A DNA stretch of 64,000 bases from Prosthecobacter debontii. GTDB taxonomy: Bacteria; Verrucomicrobiota; Verrucomicrobiia; Verrucomicrobiales; Verrucomicrobiaceae. Positions 9,394 to 19,246 of the stretch are shown piece after piece. The position numbers and the translations under genes are program-made. The notes under the pieces were generated by a model. The model saw only the letters and a program-made list of their open reading frames with translations. It was not told the DNA's origin and did no database searches. Each line of letters begins with the position of its first letter. Positions within the stretch are counted from its first letter, which is position 1. The DNA is taken from positions 164,394 to 228,393 of the forward strand of contig CAMAQH010000002.1 of the NCBI GenBank assembly GCA_945860295.1, given 5' to 3'.

Positions 9394-10929
9394 ATGAAGA
9401 TCGTCGCCTTTATCCTCTCCTCATTCATTGCACTGAATTCAGCATTCGCGGCGGATCGCCCCAACATCCTTTTCGCTATCGCCGATGATTGGGGACCACA
9501 CGCAAGTGCTTACGGCACGGCTTGGGTGAAAACGCCGAACTTTGATCGAGTCGCCAAGGAAGGCCTACTCTTCAATCACGCCTACACACCAAATGCCAAG
9601 TGCGCGCCATCGCGAGCCTGCATTCTCACAGGGCGCAATTCATGGCAGCTCAAAGAGGCAGCGAATCACATCTGCTACTTCCCGCCCGAGTTCAAAGGCT
9701 GGGGAGAGGCTCTTTCCGAAAAAGGCTGGAACGTCGGGCACACCACCAAAGGCTGGGGGCCTGGCGTGGCGCTCGATGCAAATGGCAAGCCGCGTAAGAT
9801 GACCGGGACGGCCTACAACAAACGCAAAGCAACGCCGCCGACGCCTGAGATTCTCGGCGCCGATTACGCGGAGAATTTTAATGACTTCCTCAAGGCTGCG
9901 CCTGCTGATAAGCCATGGTGCTTCTGGTATGGAGCTGTGGAGCCGCATCGTGGTTATGAATTTGGCAGCGGTGTGAAGAAGGGCGGCAAAAAGCTCACGG
10001 ACATCGACCATGTGCCAGCTTACTGGCCGGATAATGACGTGGTTCGTAATGACCTGCTCGACTACGCTTTCGAGGTCGAGCATTTCGACAGACATCTCGG
10101 TCGCATGATCGCCGAACTCGAGAAGCGCGGCCTGCTCGACAACACGCTCATCATCGTCACCGCTGATCACGGCATGCCTTTTCCGCGCAGTAAAGGCAAC
10201 GCGAACGTGCAGGCCAATCATGTGCCATTCGCCGCGATGTGGAAGAAGGGGATCACGAAACCCGGTCGCGTGATTGATGACTTCATTAGCTTCATCGATC
10301 TCGCACCGACGCTCATTGAAGTCGCTGATCTCAAATGGAGCGACACCGGCATGGCGGAGTCTTCAGGTTTCAGTTTGATCGATATCTTCGCTAACAAGCC
10401 AGTCCACTCACGCGATCACGTTTTGATCGGCAAGGAGCGCACCGACATTGGACGCCCGAATGATGGCGGTTACCCGATTCGTGCCATCGTGAAACACGAC
10501 AGCGTCTTCATTGAAAACTTTGAGCCTACACGCTGGCCCGGCGGCAATCCTGAGACCGGCTACATGGACTGCGATGCCGGAGCCACGAAGACGTTCCTCA
10601 TTGATGCGCATCGAAAAAATCCTGCAGATCCGTTTTGGCAGCTCTGTTTTGGCCTGCGCCCAGCCACCGAATTCTATGATCTCAAAGCTGACCCGGACTT
10701 TGTGAAGAATATCTCCACAGATCCACGCGCCACCGCAATGCGTGATCAACTCCACACCGAACTCAAGCAGCAAGGTGATCCCCGCATGAATGGCAAAGGC
10801 GACATCTTCGACAAGTATGAACATGCCTCAAAAGGCAACGTCGGCTTCTACGAACGCTTCATGCGTGGCGAGCCACTGAAGGCTGGCTGGATTAATCAGA
10901 CCGACATCGAACCCAAGCCTCTGCCCTGA
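9394..10929 (+). CDS. Sulfatase (N-sulfoglucosamine sulfohydrolase-like)
   Basis: [20 protein letters not shown] and [11 protein letters not shown] motifs; signal peptide. Confidence 0.9.
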   Translation: MKIVAFILSSFIALNSAFAADRPNILFAIADDWGPHASAYGTAWVKTPNFDRVAKEGLLFNHAYTPNAKCAPSRACILTGRNSWQLKEAANHICYFPPEFKGWGEALSEKGWNVGHTTKGWGPGVALDANGKPRKMTGTAYNKRKATPPTPEILGADYAENFNDFLKAAPADKPWCFWYGAVEPHRGYEFGSGVKKGGKKLTDIDHVPAYWPDNDVVRNDLLDYAFEVEHFDRHLGRMIAELEKRGLLDNTLIIVTADHGMPFPRSKGNANVQANHVPFAAMWKKGITKPGRVIDDFISFIDLAPTLIEVADLKWSDTGMAESSGFSLIDIFANKPVHSRDHVLIGKERTDIGRPNDGGYPIRAIVKHDSVFIENFEPTRWPGGNPETGYMDCDAGATKTFLIDAHRKNPADPFWQLCFGLRPATEFYDLKADPDFVKNISTDPRATAMRDQLHTELKQQGDPRMNGKGDIFDKYEHASKGNVGFYERFMRGEPLKAGWINQTDIEPKPLP

Positions 10930-10939
10930 TGCATATGGG

Positions 10940-12457
10940 TCACCGCCTTGATCGTCCTGCTGCGACGACTTCATCCAGATTCGCGATCATCTCTTTGAGT
11001 TTCTCCGGGTTTTGAGCGCTCACGTCTTTTGTTTCACCGGTATCATTAGGCAGATGATACAAGCGATGCAGGCCACCTGAATTATCACGCTTTTTGCGGG
11101 TGACTTTGGCTTCTGATTTGCCCTTGGTCTTCATGCGCACGAGTTTCCAGTCGCCCATGCGCAGACCAAAGTTGGCACCGCTGTTGTCTTGCTGGAGCAA
11201 ATGATCGCGGCCTTTGGCTCCTGATTCTCCGAGCAGAGCAGGGAGCACGTTCATGCTGTCGAGGCAGGCGCTTTCAGCCAAGGGCGTGCCTGTGAGTGCG
11301 GCGACGCTTGCGGCGATGTCGATGGTGCAGACGACTTGCTCTGACACACCGGGCTTGATGCGGCCTGACCAGCGCGTGATGAAGGGCGTGCGCGTGCCGC
11401 CTTCTAGCACGCTGTATTTGCCGCCACTGAATGGGCCTGCTGGCTCGTGTGCGCCGAGCTTTTCCATCGCGCCATCAGCGTAGCCGTCATCGAGCACTGG
11501 GCCGTTGTCGGAGCAGAGCACGATGAGTGTTTTTTCGGCCAATTTGAGTCTGTCGAGCGTCTTCATGAGTTCACCGACGCACCAGTCAAACTCGACGATA
11601 CTGTCGCCTCGAAAGCCGAGCGTGGTGCTGCCCTGAAAGCGCTCATGAGGCATACGCGGCACATGGATGTCGTGGCTGGCGAAGTAGAGGAAGAACGGCC
11701 CGTCTTTGTGCGCTTCGATCCATTCATTTGAGCGATTGATCCATTCGTCGCCGAGGTCTTCATCTCGGAATCGTGCGGCATTTCCGCCGGTGTAAAAGCC
11801 GATGCGACTGATGCCGTTGTGGATCGTCTGGTTGTGACCGTGGCTCCAGTCCAGCTTCAGTGTGCTGCGCTGCGTGATGCCTGTAGGATGGTTTTCATCG
11901 GGGGCTGCGCTGCCGACCCATAGAGGGTCTTTTGAGTCAAGATTCAGCACGCGATGATCATGCACAAACACCTGCGGCACTCGGTCATTCGTCGTCGGTA
12001 GGAGATGGCAGTAGTCGAAGCCGATCTCTAGCGGTCCAGGCTTCAACTCGCCATTCCACTCCGGCGCTTTGTCGCCCAGTCCCAGATGCCATTTGCCGAT
12101 CACGGCTGTGGCATAGCCTGCTGTCTTTAAAACCGAAGCGATGGTCTCTGTGCCGGGCCTGATGATGGCCGGACCATTCGGTGGCGCGATGCCCGTGTTC
12201 TTTTGCCGAAACGCATAGGTCCCCGTGAGTAGCGAAAAACGTGTCGGTGTGCAGGTGGACGCCGAGCAGTAGCCGCTGGTGAAGCGCTGACCTTCTGCGG
12301 CCAGTCTGTCGATGTTCGGCGTCATCACCGCCTTCGCCCCGTAGCACCCAAGATCACCGTAACCGAGATCGTCGGCCATGATGACGATGACATTGGGTTT
12401 TTCGGCGGCGAGCAGAGGGCTGAGAGCAAAGAGGAAGGCTGCGTAGAGTCGGGACAT
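10940..12457 (-). CDS. Arylsulfatase A-like sulfatase
   Basis: NVIVIMADDLGYGD, CTPTRFSLLTG, GKWHLG, SDNGP and EGGTRTP motifs. Confidence 0.92.
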   Translation of the reverse strand: MSRLYAAFLFALSPLLAAEKPNVIVIMADDLGYGDLGCYGAKAVMTPNIDRLAAEGQRFTSGYCSASTCTPTRFSLLTGTYAFRQKNTGIAPPNGPAIIRPGTETIASVLKTAGYATAVIGKWHLGLGDKAPEWNGELKPGPLEIGFDYCHLLPTTNDRVPQVFVHDHRVLNLDSKDPLWVGSAAPDENHPTGITQRSTLKLDWSHGHNQTIHNGISRIGFYTGGNAARFRDEDLGDEWINRSNEWIEAHKDGPFFLYFASHDIHVPRMPHERFQGSTTLGFRGDSIVEFDWCVGELMKTLDRLKLAEKTLIVLCSDNGPVLDDGYADGAMEKLGAHEPAGPFSGGKYSVLEGGTRTPFITRWSGRIKPGVSEQVVCTIDIAASVAALTGTPLAESACLDSMNVLPALLGESGAKGRDHLLQQDNSGANFGLRMGDWKLVRMKTKGKSEAKVTRKKRDNSGGLHRLYHLPNDTGETKDVSAQNPEKLKEMIANLDEVVAAGRSRR

Positions 12458-12529
12458 GTGGAGTTAACGAATGAATGGCAGACGCATTTCGCTGAAGTTT
12501 GCATCAGAGGCCGCGTTCACATTGCCGCC

Positions 12530-13112
12530 ATGCGCCCCCTTCTATTTTTTCTCTGCACGCTCAGTTCTTCACTCGTTGCTTCCTTTCCGCCTCAACGGCG
12601 AACCATTCAGGGTTCCCGAGAAAGGCTTCTACACCACCATCGCAAACGTCGATCGTGCGATCGAGTTTATTGGTGAAGCACGAGCCGCGAAGAAGCCGTG
12701 GTTTCAATACATCGCTTTCAACGCACCTCATGCGCCGCTGCAGCCGTTGGAGCAGGACTTTAAAAAGCACCTCGGCCGATACGATGTCGGCTGGGATAAG
12801 ATTCGCGCTGCGCGAGTCGCCAAGCAGAAGCAAATCGGCCTGCTGCCCGTTGACACCGATGAATCACCACGCCCCCAGCACATACCCGAATGGTTGAATT
12901 GGGGCGACAGCACCGGCTGGGCCTGGGCGCGGAACTCGCTCTTCCAGTTTTATAAACAGAACCAGTTCGAAGGCGGCATCTCATCTCCAGCCATCATTCA
13001 TTGGCCTGCTGGATTGAAGCGAAAGCCCAGCTGGTCGCAATACAACGCCGCCACGTCCGGCAAAACCAAGACAAAGAGCAAACGCAAAAAGAAGACCGCC
13101 GCGGCACCATGA
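12530..13112 (+). pseudogene. Sulfatase remnant with several internal deletions
   Basis: A signal peptide (MRPLLFFLC..., ATG 12530) is joined out of frame to mid-gene sulfatase segments (AFNAPHAPLQ, GWDKIR, EGGISSPAIIHWP). The catalytic CxPxR motif is absent. Confidence 0.7.
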
Positions 13113-13269
13113 GCTTGTAGTCCTGCTCATGGAGACAGCCAACCGTGGTGCCGCCGCCGCCTAACACAATTTGCAATTTCTCTTTGATCCACGCCGCAGC
13201 CTTATTTGGCTTCATTTACGTTTGCAGTTCTGATGTCAGAACAAACAGGTTATTTGTCTGCCTTCTAAA

Positions 13270-13962
13270 CTAAGCGCCTACCGCGTCTGCACGCTTGTTT
13301 TTGCCAAAGCGGATGTCTTGCGCCCTTTCGATGAAGATTGTGTCCTCACAGATGTTTTTTGCATGGTCACCTACACGCTCAAGAAAGCGTGCCACAAATA
13401 TGAGGTGAAGGTAGCCTTCGAGCGGTGCCTGACGCTCTTCCATGACTTGCAGCAATGAACTGTCAAAAGCCTTCTCGGCAGCATCAAGCAGTTTGTCAGC
13501 CAAACGAGCTTGTGCAGCGGCATCAGGATCGGCATCCGTAAATGCCTGCATGCTGCTCTCTAGATTGCGAGCGCAGAGATGATAGACCGGCTCAATAAGT
13601 TTCAACTCGGCAATCTCGGGCAGATTGTTGATGTTGCGTGCTCGTTTGGCGATGCCGCAGGCCTGATCGGAGATACGTTCGAGATTGTTGGCGATGCGGA
13701 CGGTGCCCATCACCTGACGGAGGTCGTGGGCGGTGGGCTGAAATTTCAGAAGAATCTGCATCCCAAGCTGATCGATGTTTTTCTCCAGATCGTTCACGTC
13801 CTGGTCCGCAGCGATGGCCGCATTGCAGAGATCCGAGTCGCGTTCCATGAGCCCACGCATAGCACTGGCGAGATTTTTTCGTGCCATGCTGGCCATCGTT
13901 AGCACCTGTTCACGGAGGCTGGTGAGGGCGGCGTTGAAGGAAGTCAAAATGTGGTCATGCAT
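13270..13962 (-). CDS. phoU: Phosphate signalling regulator PhoU
   Basis: Two PhoU repeats: DLRQVMGTVRIANNLERISD and ARFLERVGDHAKNICED. Confidence 0.92.
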   Translation of the reverse strand: MHDHILTSFNAALTSLREQVLTMASMARKNLASAMRGLMERDSDLCNAAIAADQDVNDLEKNIDQLGMQILLKFQPTAHDLRQVMGTVRIANNLERISDQACGIAKRARNINNLPEIAELKLIEPVYHLCARNLESSMQAFTDADPDAAAQARLADKLLDAAEKAFDSSLLQVMEERQAPLEGYLHLIFVARFLERVGDHAKNICEDTIFIERAQDIRFGKNKRADAVGA

Positions 13963-13985
13963 ATCTGGGACAGGATTTCCCTAGG

Positions 13986-14876
13986 TTACATGGGCAACGT
14001 CACATTTTCGACGCTTAATTTCACCTCGTTTGTCACACTCACACTCTTGATCGATCCCTTAGGCTGACGGTTCGTCCGCTGGCAGAAATCGTCATAAGAG
14101 ATGACTTCAAAGTCGCCGTTGTCATGCTCCAAAATGGCGGTCATGGACTCGACCCAGTCCCCAGAGTTAAGGTAGTGAGTCTCACCGACCATCTTATTGG
14201 CAGGGCTATGGATATGCCCGCAGATGATGCCCTTACAATTCCTGGCTCGTGCCAATTCCTGGAGTTGCTCCTCATATTTGCTGACGAAGCTCACGGCGGA
14301 TTTCACTTTGAGCTTCACCCAGCGGCTGAGTGAGAAGTTCTCCTTCCCACGGGCAAGACGATACCAATTGTAGATCCGGTTCACGCGCAAAAGGATGTTG
14401 TAACCAACACCGCCGAGCTTGGCGATCCACGGGTGGTTCGTCGTCACATGATCAAACCCGTCGCCATGCACGACAAGGTAGTCACCACGCTTGGTGTGGT
14501 GGATGTGTTCATTGGTGATGAGAAAATTGTCGAGCTGGATGGGAATGAACCGGTCGAGAATGTCATCGTGATTGCCGCGTAAATAAAGGATTTCGGTGCT
14601 CTCCTTCTCCATCTTCTTGAGCACAGTGCGCAGAAAATGGGTGTGTGACTTGTTCCAGCCGCCTGAGCTTTTTAAATACCACGCATCGATGATGTCGCCG
14701 TTCATGATCAGTCGGTCACATTGGACGTGACGAATGAAATGGGAGACCTGTGCCGCTTTGCAGTCCGGCATACCAAGATGAACATCAGAAATAAAGACCG
14801 TGCGTACGCGCAGCTTTAATTTCGAACGGGAAGGATCAGCCGGTGCATCTGGGGTATCGTCGATTTCTTCACTCAT
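13986..14876 (-). CDS. PlcP-like metallophosphoesterase (often annotated as UDP-2,3-diacylglucosamine hydrolase family); probable phospholipase C for lipid remodelling
   Basis: FISDVHLG, GDIIDAW, GNHDD, VHGDGFD, CGHIH and NSGDWVES motifs. The overall layout matches the PlcP family and the gene sits beside a GT4 gene and phoU. Confidence 0.8.
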   Translation of the reverse strand: MSEEIDDTPDAPADPSRSKLKLRVRTVFISDVHLGMPDCKAAQVSHFIRHVQCDRLIMNGDIIDAWYLKSSGGWNKSHTHFLRTVLKKMEKESTEILYLRGNHDDILDRFIPIQLDNFLITNEHIHHTKRGDYLVVHGDGFDHVTTNHPWIAKLGGVGYNILLRVNRIYNWYRLARGKENFSLSRWVKLKVKSAVSFVSKYEEQLQELARARNCKGIICGHIHSPANKMVGETHYLNSGDWVESMTAILEHDNGDFEVISYDDFCQRTNRQPKGSIKSVSVTNEVKLSVENVTLPM

Positions 14877-16009
14877 GATTGGGATAGGGTAGGTTTATTA
14901 GTCTGCACCGCGAAAAGTTCACCTTCAAACTGCTCGATGACACGCCGCCAGCCAAACTCGCTGACCGAATCGCAAGCCGCAGCACGCATCGCGGAATCAG
15001 ACCAGCTCGCTGCTGACTGACGCAGAGCGCCGAGAAAGGCGGCTTCATCATCAAAGGCAGCCAGCCAGCCATTTTCACCGGATCGGATGACCTGACGCGC
15101 TGCCGCATAGTCATAGGCAACGGGCAGCAAGCCGCTGGACATGGCTTCCAGCACCACATTGCCGAAGGTCTCGCTGATACTGGGAAAAATAAACACGTCC
15201 GCACTGGCATAGCACTCAGCGAGTTCGGTGCCAGTTTTTGACCCAACATAGAGACACTCTGGGTGCTCACTTTGCAGTGCTTTGAGCCGAGGGCCGTCAC
15301 CCACGACGACACAGGGCGCCTTCGGGTGCATTTCTCTAAATGCCGCGAAGCCTTGCAGAAGCAGCGACAAATTTTTTTCGGCAGCGACGCGCCCCACGTA
15401 GACTGCGACAGGCGTCGAGTCATCAACTCCCCACTCAGCTCTAAGGGCGGCGCTGCGCCGAGTTGGATTAAAAAGTTCGGTGTCCACGCCACGCCCGAGA
15501 ACGCCGACATTCTTAATGCCCCACTTTTCGAGCATCGCCGCCGTATCGGCACTCGGTGTCAGTGTGCGTGCCGTTTGGTTATGGATGCTGCGGAGAAATC
15601 CCTGCGCTAGGGCTTCAAGGCCCGGCAGATAATAGTCTTCGAGGTAGGATTGAAAATTCGTGTGAAAGCCAGAGACCACGGGGATTTCCATCTTCGATGC
15701 CGCGCGAATACTGGCAATGCCCAGCGGCGTCTCTGTGGCCACATAAATAACGTCTGGCCTGAATCGCTCATAGAGTCCCTGCATCTGCCAAGTCGTCGAG
15801 ATACCCATCCGCAGCCCTGGATAACCGGGCAGCGGCAGTGCCATCATGACGTGTCTTTTCAGCGACTCCTCACCCTGCCCTGCGGCCAGGGTGGTCACGA
15901 TCTCCACTTCATGCCCGCGTGCAGCTAGACCACCCGCGAGGGTGAAAAGCGTGCGTGACACTCCATTGATGTCTGGTGGGTAAGTGTCGGTGATGAGCAG
16001 CAATCTCAT
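14873..16009 (-). CDS. GT4 glycosyltransferase, Agt-like glycolipid (glycosyl-diacylglycerol) synthase candidate
   Basis: ITDTYPPDINGVSRTL, GFHTNF, YVGRVAAEKN and ETFGNVVLEAM (E-X7-E) motifs. Overlaps the plcP-like start by 4 nt. Confidence 0.85.
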   Translation of the reverse strand: MRLLLITDTYPPDINGVSRTLFTLAGGLAARGHEVEIVTTLAAGQGEESLKRHVMMALPLPGYPGLRMGISTTWQMQGLYERFRPDVIYVATETPLGIASIRAASKMEIPVVSGFHTNFQSYLEDYYLPGLEALAQGFLRSIHNQTARTLTPSADTAAMLEKWGIKNVGVLGRGVDTELFNPTRRSAALRAEWGVDDSTPVAVYVGRVAAEKNLSLLLQGFAAFREMHPKAPCVVVGDGPRLKALQSEHPECLYVGSKTGTELAECYASADVFIFPSISETFGNVVLEAMSSGLLPVAYDYAAARQVIRSGENGWLAAFDDEAAFLGALRQSAASWSDSAMRAAACDSVSEFGWRRVIEQFEGELFAVQTNKPTLSQS

Positions 16010-16107
16010 GTGTGCATGAACTAGTGGTACTTCACCCTTACAGAAAGCAGATTTTATGGCTAACAAAACGTGCCTGCGTGACGAATGCGTCACTGGAAAA
16101 ATGCCTC

Positions 16108-17826
16108 CTATTTAAACACAACGTCCACACCCATGGCGCTCTTGGAGGCGAACCCAGGAATCCAGTGCGGTTTACGCGTTGCGATCAGGCGATAAATCAG
16201 TGACAACCCACTGAGCACGATAAGCCGATCCACCATGCGGTAGCCACGCTGACGCCGCATGAGAAATTGAATAGCCCAGGCAAGATGCTTGGGGTTGAGC
16301 AGCAGCGGTTTAAAATCTGTCTTGATGCGATAACGCGCACGCAGGCCACGCTTGGCATACTTCAATTTGTACGCAGCTTTGGCCGCGACGATGCGCTCCT
16401 CGATATCAGGTGCATCCTCTGCAAAGTAGTATTCACGCGAGAGTGCTAGAAGGTGAAACGTGTCACGCATGTAACCAATATCAGCCACGGAGACGCCGGC
16501 ACGCTCGGCAAGCGGCAGCATGCGGTCCAGATTGTCCATGCAGCGCTGGGCACTGCGCAGCGCGCTATCGGCATCCCGGACAAAGTAGCGCAGCAGTCGC
16601 CTCAGACTATGACTGATGAAGATGTTTCCCCAATAGACCTGCAACATCGGCGGGATGCGCACGCGCCGAAAAAAGAGCTTTTGTCGCGCATACTCCTCGA
16701 TGTAGAGCAGCTCGCGGATGCATTCGTCAGATAGGCGCAGGAGCTCTAGCAGAGCATCTGCATCACCCAGATGACGCTCTTTGACAAAGTCCCGCACAGC
16801 ATCTTCAACAAGCGCTCCGTGCCTCATAACACGGATGGTAACAAAGGTATTGAGATCAGTCCATAGCGCTTCGGGATCGAGGAAGGCCAGCCGACGAAAA
16901 GGCACCCAACCACCCGTCTGCGCCCAGACCATGCAACCGATGACGTTCTCAGCCTGACGCAGCTCACGCGCATACTGTTCGTAGAGCCAGCCCGTGAAAC
17001 TGGGGTACTCGCCACAGCCCTCATACTCACGCCGCGTTTGTAGTTCCACGATCTTGGCTAGGGGTGTGCGGAAGAAGTTTCGATTCAGCGGCAGGTAGCG
17101 GAAAAAGTCAGTCTCGCCATACTTCATCGACACAACAAGGGCTGGGCTAGTGAGTCCCGCAAACACCCGCTTGAAGGTATCCCGGTGCCACATCAGATCT
17201 CCAATGGCATAAGCTCCCACGGTCCAGGTGCGGAAGATCAGCCGCCGACCATGCTTCTCAAAAACAGGCAGTAGCGCCTGCAAAAACGCGCGCGCATCTT
17301 GGGGAGTTTTGATAACGAGCTGACTTTGAAAGTCATCCCGCACGTCTTTACCATCTGACTCGCCAATGCGCACGATCACGCCCATGACATCGGGGAAGTC
17401 GGTGAAGAACCGATCCAGCAAATCACACAGATAGTCATTCACACTGGTGCGGTTCATATCCATCCGCCTCAGCAATTCTGGCGTTGCCGAAAAGACATCC
17501 ATCGTCACATGCAGGCTGAGACCAGCGCAGTGCAGCACTTCAAAGCAGCGCCGCATCTCTGTGCGGTAGCGCTGGATTCTGTGCCGAACCTCAGGCTCGA
17601 GCCAGTCGTGATCAGCCAGATGTGCCACATCATCGATGGAAGCCGCATTGAATCCCCAGCTTGCTGCCTGCAAGGCCAGCACGTTTAGCTCACTGCAAAC
17701 AGTTTCCCACCAGGCCGAACCCTGACTGCCCGCGTGATCCCAGGGGATCTTCGACCAGTTGATAACACGCCGATCATAGCCGCGAAAAAACGGGCCGATG
17801 GTGTCGATGAGATGGAGTTCAGTCAC
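16108..17826 (-). CDS. Hypothetical protein with GH67 alpha-glucuronidase-like motif order
   Basis: 572-aa ORF with GTG start. FPDVMGVIVRIGE, LIFRTW, SMKYGETDFF and ELQTRREYEG parallel recalled GH67 segments. Not verified by search. Confidence 0.55.
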   Translation of the reverse strand: MTELHLIDTIGPFFRGYDRRVINWSKIPWDHAGSQGSAWWETVCSELNVLALQAASWGFNAASIDDVAHLADHDWLEPEVRHRIQRYRTEMRRCFEVLHCAGLSLHVTMDVFSATPELLRRMDMNRTSVNDYLCDLLDRFFTDFPDVMGVIVRIGESDGKDVRDDFQSQLVIKTPQDARAFLQALLPVFEKHGRRLIFRTWTVGAYAIGDLMWHRDTFKRVFAGLTSPALVVSMKYGETDFFRYLPLNRNFFRTPLAKIVELQTRREYEGCGEYPSFTGWLYEQYARELRQAENVIGCMVWAQTGGWVPFRRLAFLDPEALWTDLNTFVTIRVMRHGALVEDAVRDFVKERHLGDADALLELLRLSDECIRELLYIEEYARQKLFFRRVRIPPMLQVYWGNIFISHSLRRLLRYFVRDADSALRSAQRCMDNLDRMLPLAERAGVSVADIGYMRDTFHLLALSREYYFAEDAPDIEERIVAAKAAYKLKYAKRGLRARYRIKTDFKPLLLNPKHLAWAIQFLMRRQRGYRMVDRLIVLSGLSLIYRLIATRKPHWIPGFASKSAMGVDVVFK

Positions 17827-18010
17827 GAGATTGGTCGGTCCAAAGTGAGTTAAGAGTATGCCAAATCAACCCTTTCTTCGCAATGCCTTTGCGCAGAGCT
17901 CGCCTGATGTTGCTGATAAGTTTAGCGACGCTGGCATAGGCTTTAAGTTCGTTAGAACGCTTCGGTAATGGCAGGGCATCAGCTAGCTTCTTGGCCCGTG
18001 GTCGTGGCAT
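17819..18010 (-). CDS. Possible small basic protein (63 aa)
   Basis: MPRPRAKK... Lys/Arg-rich ORF whose stop overlaps the next start by 8 nt. No family recognised. Confidence 0.3.
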   Translation of the reverse strand: MPRPRAKKLADALPLPKRSNELKAYASVAKLISNIRRALRKGIAKKGLIWHTLNSLWTDQSRD

Positions 18011-18370
18011 TACGATACCAGAGCTGCCCACCACCCAAGCCGCCGCCAATGTGGAGGCGGAAGCCTGCTGGTCATTTTTTCATACGTTCACGAAAGCGAT
18101 AGCGATCCAGTGCTAAAGTTCCCATGGAATTGAAAACCACTCAGTTCATCCGGGCCCGATAACCAGCGGCAGGCCCCGCAGTGCTTTTGCCCCACTCATC
18201 CGCAAGCCTGGAAGCACCTCTCCGATGCTTTGACAAAAAGCTGCCAGTCCACAAAGGCGCGACAATCGTTTTACGAGTATGAATAGCGCAGCACTCAACG
18301 ATGAAATCTACCCATGCTTTCTGCTGCCCGCCTCTTATCTGACACTTCCGTCACCCGATAGGGTCGGCGT

Positions 18371-18388
18371 GTGACGCAGTCGTCACCA
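18371..18388 (+). promoter_or_regulatory. Candidate Pho-box-like site upstream of phoB
   Basis: GTGACGCAGTCGTCACCA, with half-sites 11 bp apart. A weaker copy CTGAC-N6-GTCAC lies at 18339-18354. Confidence 0.55.
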
Positions 18389-18408
18389 AGAACGACTTGT
18401 CTTTGCTT

Positions 18409-18417
18409 TGTTATACT
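18409..18417 (+). promoter_or_regulatory. Extended -10 promoter element
   Basis: TGTTATACT (TGn + TATACT) 19 nt upstream of the phoB ATG. Confidence 0.45.
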
Positions 18418-18435
18418 ACGTAAACAAATATCATT

Positions 18436-19137
18436 ATGAGCAAAATATTAGTGGTCGATGACGAGCCGGATATTTCGGAGCTAATCTCACTGCATCTGAT
18501 GCGTGAAGGGCACGACTGCCTCTGCATCACCAACGGCCTACAAGTCATGCCCACCGTGCTGGAGCAGCAGCCAGACCTCGTCGTGCTTGACATCATGCTT
18601 CCGGGCCAAGATGGCATGACCGCATTCAAGCGCCTCCGTGGTGACAGCCGCACCCGCAGCGTGCCCGTCATTATGCTCACCGCCAAAGCTCAGATCACAG
18701 ACAAGATCAACGGGCTCGAACTCGGTGCTGACGACTATCTGACGAAACCCTTCTCACCGCGCGAATTGGCTCTGCGCATCAGTGCCATTTTGCGCCGCAC
18801 CAAGAAAGTCACTCATGTCTCAGAAGTGAAGAACGGAGCCTTCCTGTTGGACCGCAAGAACATGAAGTTCTTCCACAACGACACCACCATCGACCTAACC
18901 ACCACCGAGTTTAAGCTCCTGGCCGTCCTGCTGGAAAACACCAGTGCCGTTCATACTCGTAGCGAACTCTTGCGTGAGGTTTGGGGCTACTCTGACGATG
19001 TGGCCACCCGCACACTCGACACTCACATCAAACGTCTGCGTGAAAAATTAGGCGCTGCGGGCAAGCATGTCGTCACCGTGCGTGGAACGGGTTATCAGTT
19101 TGTGGTCAACCCCACAGATATTGCTGCCGCCGCTTGA
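18436..19137 (+). CDS. phoB: OmpR/PhoB-family response regulator, probably PhoB
   Basis: Receiver domain (VVDDE, LDIMLPG, KPF) and winged helix (RTLDTHIKRLREKLG, TVRGTGY). Context of phoU and a phoR-like kinase supports PhoB. Confidence 0.8.
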   Translation: MSKILVVDDEPDISELISLHLMREGHDCLCITNGLQVMPTVLEQQPDLVVLDIMLPGQDGMTAFKRLRGDSRTRSVPVIMLTAKAQITDKINGLELGADDYLTKPFSPRELALRISAILRRTKKVTHVSEVKNGAFLLDRKNMKFFHNDTTIDLTTTEFKLLAVLLENTSAVHTRSELLREVWGYSDDVATRTLDTHIKRLREKLGAAGKHVVTVRGTGYQFVVNPTDIAAAA

Positions 19138-19246
19138 TCGGAACGTTCAGAGTATGTCTTGCAGGTTGAGTCCTTGCATGAGCAGTGCTGACGTTTTCTG
19201 TGGCAAAAGAACGCTCTGAAGACTAACCGCACACGTACACTCCCAC

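Noticed and set aside
13986-14876. Call as lpxH (lipid A biosynthesis)
   Set aside because: Motif spacing and the GT4/phoU context fit the PlcP subfamily better.
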